Source of the DNA: Macrostomum hystrix
Lineage: Eukaryota; Animalia; Platyhelminthes
Length of the DNA stretch: 64,000 nt
Direction of reading: 5' to 3'
Assembly: GCA_950097015.1 (NCBI GenBank)
Contig: CATNEN010000037.1
Span: 3,844,001-3,908,000 of the forward strand
A program made the position numbers and the translations under genes. The notes beneath the pieces are model-generated. The model did not search any database. It was not told the DNA's origin and worked only from the letters and a program-made list of their open reading frames with translations. Below, piece after piece: positions 58,901 to 64,000 of the stretch (the stretch's first letter is position 1; each line of letters starts with the position of its first letter).

Positions 58901-61900
58901 TCACCCATCCTGTGTCACTTTCACGTTCGGGCAGCACCAATATGTAATTAGCAGTCTTCACCCCGTCAATTTTGTCATTCTACCGCGCAATGAAACCGAG
59001 TTTAGCAAGTATTTCACAGAATTATCTTCGTTGCATACTAAATAATGATAGCGAATTAAGACGGTTAATAGGGCTGCATCGAGGCACTGGGTGTGCAACC
59101 GGCGGGCTTGCTTATTCCCAGCTTTTCAATTTGTTTCCTCTGCTACCGTTGTCTTTTCTGCTTCAAATCTCGCCGCAAGCTGTGTACAGACTGAATGCCG
59201 CGTACTGATTCTCACATTCTCCTATCTTTCATGCAATGTTCGTCTCTTAGCTAAACGAAAGTTTCCTAAGCAAAAAAGTATTGGTTTAAATAGCATTGCT
59301 TTGATAGAATGACTGAATCTTCATTGAATTAAATCGATCTATGAATTATACCTGTGCACTAATTACAGGTTCACTATAAGTTATTACAGCAAATCTCTAA
59401 CGTTTGACAGCAGTCTCTAAAATATCTAAAATCTCTAAACTATGACAACCTCTAAAGCTCTCTCTACTATGACCGATCTCTAAAGCATGGCAGTCAATAC
59501 TTACAATATCAGCCGATATTTAAAGAATCGAAGCCGAGCTCTTATGTATGACAGCCGATCCCTAAACAATTGCAGCTGATCCCTAAACAATTGCAGCTGA
59601 TCCCTAAACAATTGCAGCTGATCCCTAAACAATTGCAGCTGATCCCTAAACAATTGCATCTGATCCCTAAACAATTACATCTGATCCCTAAACAAGTACA
59701 GCTGATCCCTAAACAAGTACAGCTGATCCCTAAACAATTACATCTGATCCCTAAACAATTGCAGCTGATCCCTAAACAATTGCAGCTGATCCCTAAACAA
59801 TTGCAGCTGATCCCTAAACAATTGCAGCTGATCCCTAAACAATTGCATCTGATCCCTAAACAATTGCAGCTGATCCCTAAACAATTGCATCTGATCCCTA
59901 AACAATTACATCTGATCCCTAAACAAGTACAGCTGATCCCTAAACAATTGCAGCTGATCCCTAAACAATTGCAACTGATCCCTAAACAATTGCAGCTGAT
60001 CCCTAAACAATTGCAGCTGATCCCTAAACAATTGCAGCTGATCCCTAAACAATTGCAGCTGATCCCTAAACAATTGCAGCTGATCCCTAAACAATTGCAG
60101 CTGATCCCTAAACAATTGCAGCTGATCCCTAAACAAGTACAGCTGATCCTTAAACAATTGCAACTGATCCCTAAACAATTGCAGCTGATCCCTAAACAAT
60201 TGCAGCTGATCCCTAAACAATTGCAGCTGATCCCTAAACAAGTACAGCTGATCCTTAAACAATTGCAACTGATCCCTAAACAATTGCAGCTGATCCCTAA
60301 ACAATTGCAGCTGATCCCTAAACAATTGCAGCTGATCCCTAAACAAGTACAGCTGATCCTTAAACAATTGCAACTGATCCCTAAACAATTGCAGCTGATC
60401 CCTAAACAATTGCAGCTGATCCCTAAACAAGTACAGCTGATCCCTAAACAATTGCAGCTGATCCCTAAACAATTGCAGCTGATCCCTAAACAATTGCAGC
60501 TGATCCCTAAACAATTGCAGCTGATCCCTAAACAATTGCAGCTGATCCCTAAACAAGTACAGCTGATCCTTAAACAATTGCAACTGATCCCTAAACAATT
60601 GCAGCTGATCCCTAAACAATTGCAGCTGATCCCTAAACAATTGCAGCTGATCCCTAAACAAGTACAGCTGATCCTTAAACAATTGCAACTGATCCCTAAA
60701 CAATTGCAGCTGATCCCTAAACAATTGCAGCTGATCCCTAAACAATTGCAGCTGATCCCTAAACAATTGCAGCTGATCCCTAAACAATTGCAGCTGATCC
60801 CTAAACAATTGCAGCTGATCCCTAAACAAGTACAGCTGATCCTTAAACAATTGCAACTGATCCCTAAACAATTGCAGCTGATCCCTAAACAATTGCAGCT
60901 GATCCCTAAACAAGTACAGCTGATCCCTAAACAATTGCAGCTGATCCCTAAACAATTGCAGCTGATCCCTAAACAATTGCAGCTGATCCCTAAACAAGTA
61001 CAGCTGATCCCTAAACAATTGCAGCTGATCCCTAAACAATTGCAGCTGATCCCTAAACAAGTACAGCTGATCCTTAAACAATTGCAACTGATCCCTAAAC
61101 AATTGCAGCTGATCCCTAAACAATTGCAGCTGATCCCTAAACAAGTACAGCTGATCCCTAAACAATTGCAGCTGATCCCTAAACAAATTGCATCTGATCC
61201 CTAAACAATTACATCTGATCCCTAAACAAGTACAGCTGATCCCTAAACAAGTACAGCTGATCCCTAAACAATTGCAGCTGATCCCTAAACAATTGCAGCT
61301 GATCCCTAAACAATTGCAACTGATCCCTAAACAATTGCAGCTGATCCCTAAACAATTGCAGCTGATCCCTAAACAATTGCAGCTGATCCCTAAACAAGTA
61401 CAGCTGATCCCTAAACAATTGCAGCTGATCCCTAAACAATTGCAGCTGATCCCTAAACAAGTACAGCTGATCCTTAAACAATTGCACTGATCCCTAAACA
61501 ATTGCAGCTGATCCCTAAACAATTGCAAGCTGATCCCTAAACAAGTACAGCTGATCCCTAAACAATTGCAGCTGATCCCTAAACAATTACATCTGATCCC
61601 TAAACAAGTACAGCTGATCCCTAAACAAGTACAGCTGATCCCTAAACAATTGCAGCTGATCCCTAAACAAGTACAGCTGATCCTTAAACAATTGCAACTG
61701 ATCCCTAAACAATTGCAGCTGATCCCTAAACAATTGCAGCTGATCCCTAAACAAGTACAGCTGATCCCTAAACAATTGCAGCTGATCCCTAAACAATTGC
61801 AGCTGATCCCTAAACAATTGCAGCTGATCCCTAAACAATTGCAGCTGATCCCTAAACAATTGCAGCTGATCCCTAAACAAGTACAGCTGATCCTTAAACA

Positions 61901-63376
61901 ATTGCAACTGATCCCTAAACAATTGCAGCTGATCCCTAAACAATTGCAGCTGATCCCTAAACAATTGCAGCTGATCCCTAAACAAGTACAGCTGATCCTT
62001 AAACAATTGCAACTGATCCCTAAACAATTGCAGCTGATCCCTAAACAATTGCAGCTGATCCCTAAACAATTGCAGCTGATCCCTAAACAATTGCAGCTGA
62101 TCCCTAAACAATTGCAGCTGATCCCTAAACAAGTACAGCTGATCCTTAAACAATTGCAACTGATCCCTAAACAATTGCAGCTGATCCCTAAACAATTGCA
62201 GCTGATCCCTAAACAAGTACAGCTGATCCCTAAACAATTGCAGCTGATCCCTAAACAATTGCAGCTGATCCCTAAACAATTGCAGCTGATCCCTAAACAA
62301 GTACAGCTGATCCCTAAACAATTGCAGCTGATCCCTAAACAATTGCAGCTGATCCCTAAACAAGTACAGCTGATCCTTAAACAATTGCAACTGATCCCTA
62401 AACAATTGCAGCTGATCCCTAAACAATTGCAGCTGATCCCTAAACAAGTACAGCTGATCCCTAAACAATTGCAGCTGATCCCTAAACAATTGCATCTGAT
62501 CCCTAAACAATTACATCTGATCCCTAAACAAGTACAGCTGATCCCTAAACAAGTACAGCTGATCCCTAAACAATTGCAGCTGATCCCTAAACAATTGCAG
62601 CTGATCCCTAAACAATTGCAACTGATCCCTAAACAATTGCAGCTGATCCCTAAACAATTGCAGCTGATCCCTAAACAATTGCAGCTGATCCCTAAACAAT
62701 TGCAGCTGATCCCTAAACAATTGCAGCTGATCCCTAAGCAATCACAGCAGATCCCTAAACAATTGCAGCTGATCCCTAAACAATTGCAGCTGATCCCTAA
62801 ACAATTGCAGCTGATCCCTAAACAATTACAGCTGATCCAAAGGCGATTTCAGCTAATTCCTGGACAACCACAGCAGATCCCTAAACATTTGCAGCTGATC
62901 GCTAAAATAAATACAGCTAATCCCCATACAAAGCACGGTTTTCAACACCTTGACAATATTTCATTGTGAATATAGTTCTTTTTGGACTGATAGCCGATTT
63001 TCATGCTATCTGACCGAGTCCTGTCGCCCCTCCCCTATCCAGACTGGTTCTAACCGGTTCCTACAACAACCTGTGGCGCGTATTCGACCGCCAATCTGGT
63101 GGCGCCGATGTCACCCTGGAGGCCAGTCGTGATGGCGTGGCGCCCGGCTGCGATTTGAAGCCGCGCCGCGTGGTCCTCTCCGCGGCGGCCAAAGCGGCCG
63201 CTGCCCAGAGCGGCGCCGGGCAGCACGCCGAATTGTTGACAGCGGACAGTTTAGACTTGCAAAAGAAGATCTTGCACCTGGCCTGCCATCCAAAGCATAA
63301 TTGCGTGGCACTGGCCGCCACTAACAACCTCTACCTGGTGGTGTCTCCTTCAGCCGGTCAGGTCGTTAATAATTAA
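55943..63376 (+). CDS. PPP2R2: PP2A regulatory subunit B55/PR55 (WD40), ~493 aa; exons 55943-56954, 58186-58321, 63043-63376
   Basis: Motifs [88 protein letters not shown]. Junction phases 1 and 2 restore LK-V-WDL and GDD-R-LVL. Confidence 0.96.
59555..62900 (+). repeat. 21-bp satellite GATCCCTAAACAATTGCAGCT in PP2A-B55 intron 2
   Basis: About 159 units with a homogeneous core, diverged edges and recurring CAAGTA/CCTTAAA/GCAACT variants. Source of the LQLIPKQ ORFs. Confidence 0.97.
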
Positions 63377-63811
63377 GTAGTGACAGAGTCCCAATAACAT
63401 TATTCTTCCGTGTCTGTGACTGGTCTGTTTGCACGCGAAACTCCCCTGTGTTGTTCATTACTCAGTCGCTCACTTACTTATAACTGCCTAGAATTCACCT
63501 GTTCTTTCGAAGCCCTGCAGAGCAATTATCTAATTTGGTGTTTTAAGCAGAGATGCAAACAGAAAGCTGCTTATTAAGTCAGTTAAAAAGCTAGAAATTT
63601 GTCAGGTGCAAAAAATAATACTCAAATTCAACTTCTTAACCGTTCCATCATGAGCTTGCCTTGCTTCCTTTCTGTGCTTCTCGTTGATTATATTATCTCG
63701 TCTCTCGCTGTCATTAACTTTTTTAGTTGAGTTCGGTTATAACTTTTTCATTACAGGTAGGATTAGAAAAATCTCTTAAATATATACTTATGTTGCTAAT
63801 GTGCAACTAAT

Positions 63812-64000
63812 GCTACTATTAGTAATATAATGTGTGCAAGTCACTCGATAAATTCTCGCAGCGCTACTATTAGTAGTATAATGTGTGCAAGTCACTCGAT
63901 AAATTCTGTAGCGCTACTATTAGTAATATAATGTGTGCAAGTCACTCGATAAATTCTCGCAGCGCTACTATTAGTAATATAATGTGTGCAAGTCACTCGA
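63812..64000 (+). repeat. 51-bp tandem repeat running off the window end
   Basis: GCTACTATTAGTAATATAATGTGTGCAAGTCACTCGATAAATTCTCGCAGC, about 3.7 copies. Confidence 0.9.

Noticed and set aside
59555-62900. Interstitial telomere
   Set aside because: Only one CCCTAA(A) per 21-bp unit, not tandem hexamers.
59570-62969. Long ORFs (LQLIPKQ)n and (FRDQLQL)n
   Set aside because: Translations of a 21-bp satellite within a well-supported PP2A-B55 intron. Open on both strands and broken by indels.

Overview
Animal genomic DNA with GT-AG spliced genes, GC-rich exons and introns packed with minisatellites. The style suggests a free-living flatworm such as Macrostomum, but that is inference only. Eight protein-coding genes were assembled by hand: (1) a ~1557-aa two-exon coiled-coil protein with a coding 21-bp repeat; (2) a Shaw/Kv3-like K+ channel with a 1-nt frameshift and a probable fifth exon; (3) a minus-strand SH3/polyproline protein; (4,5) two tandem tetraspanins; (6) intronless MRPL17; (7) a basic repeat protein ending in a CaaX box; (8) a PP2A B55 subunit. 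Mobile DNA: a complete mariner (31-bp perfect TIRs, D,D34D transposase) interrupted by a full-length LOA-type LINE with an 11-bp TSD, plus three tRNA-derived SINE families. About 18 tandem arrays are present, and many long ORFs in the track are artefacts of them. No rRNA, true tRNA gene or CRISPR array is supported. Best leads: the nested transposon stack, complementary LINE ends carrying HDV-ribozyme-like motifs, the CaaX-ended basic protein, candidate LC8 motifs in gene 1, the alternative Kv tail, and a start codon split by an intron.
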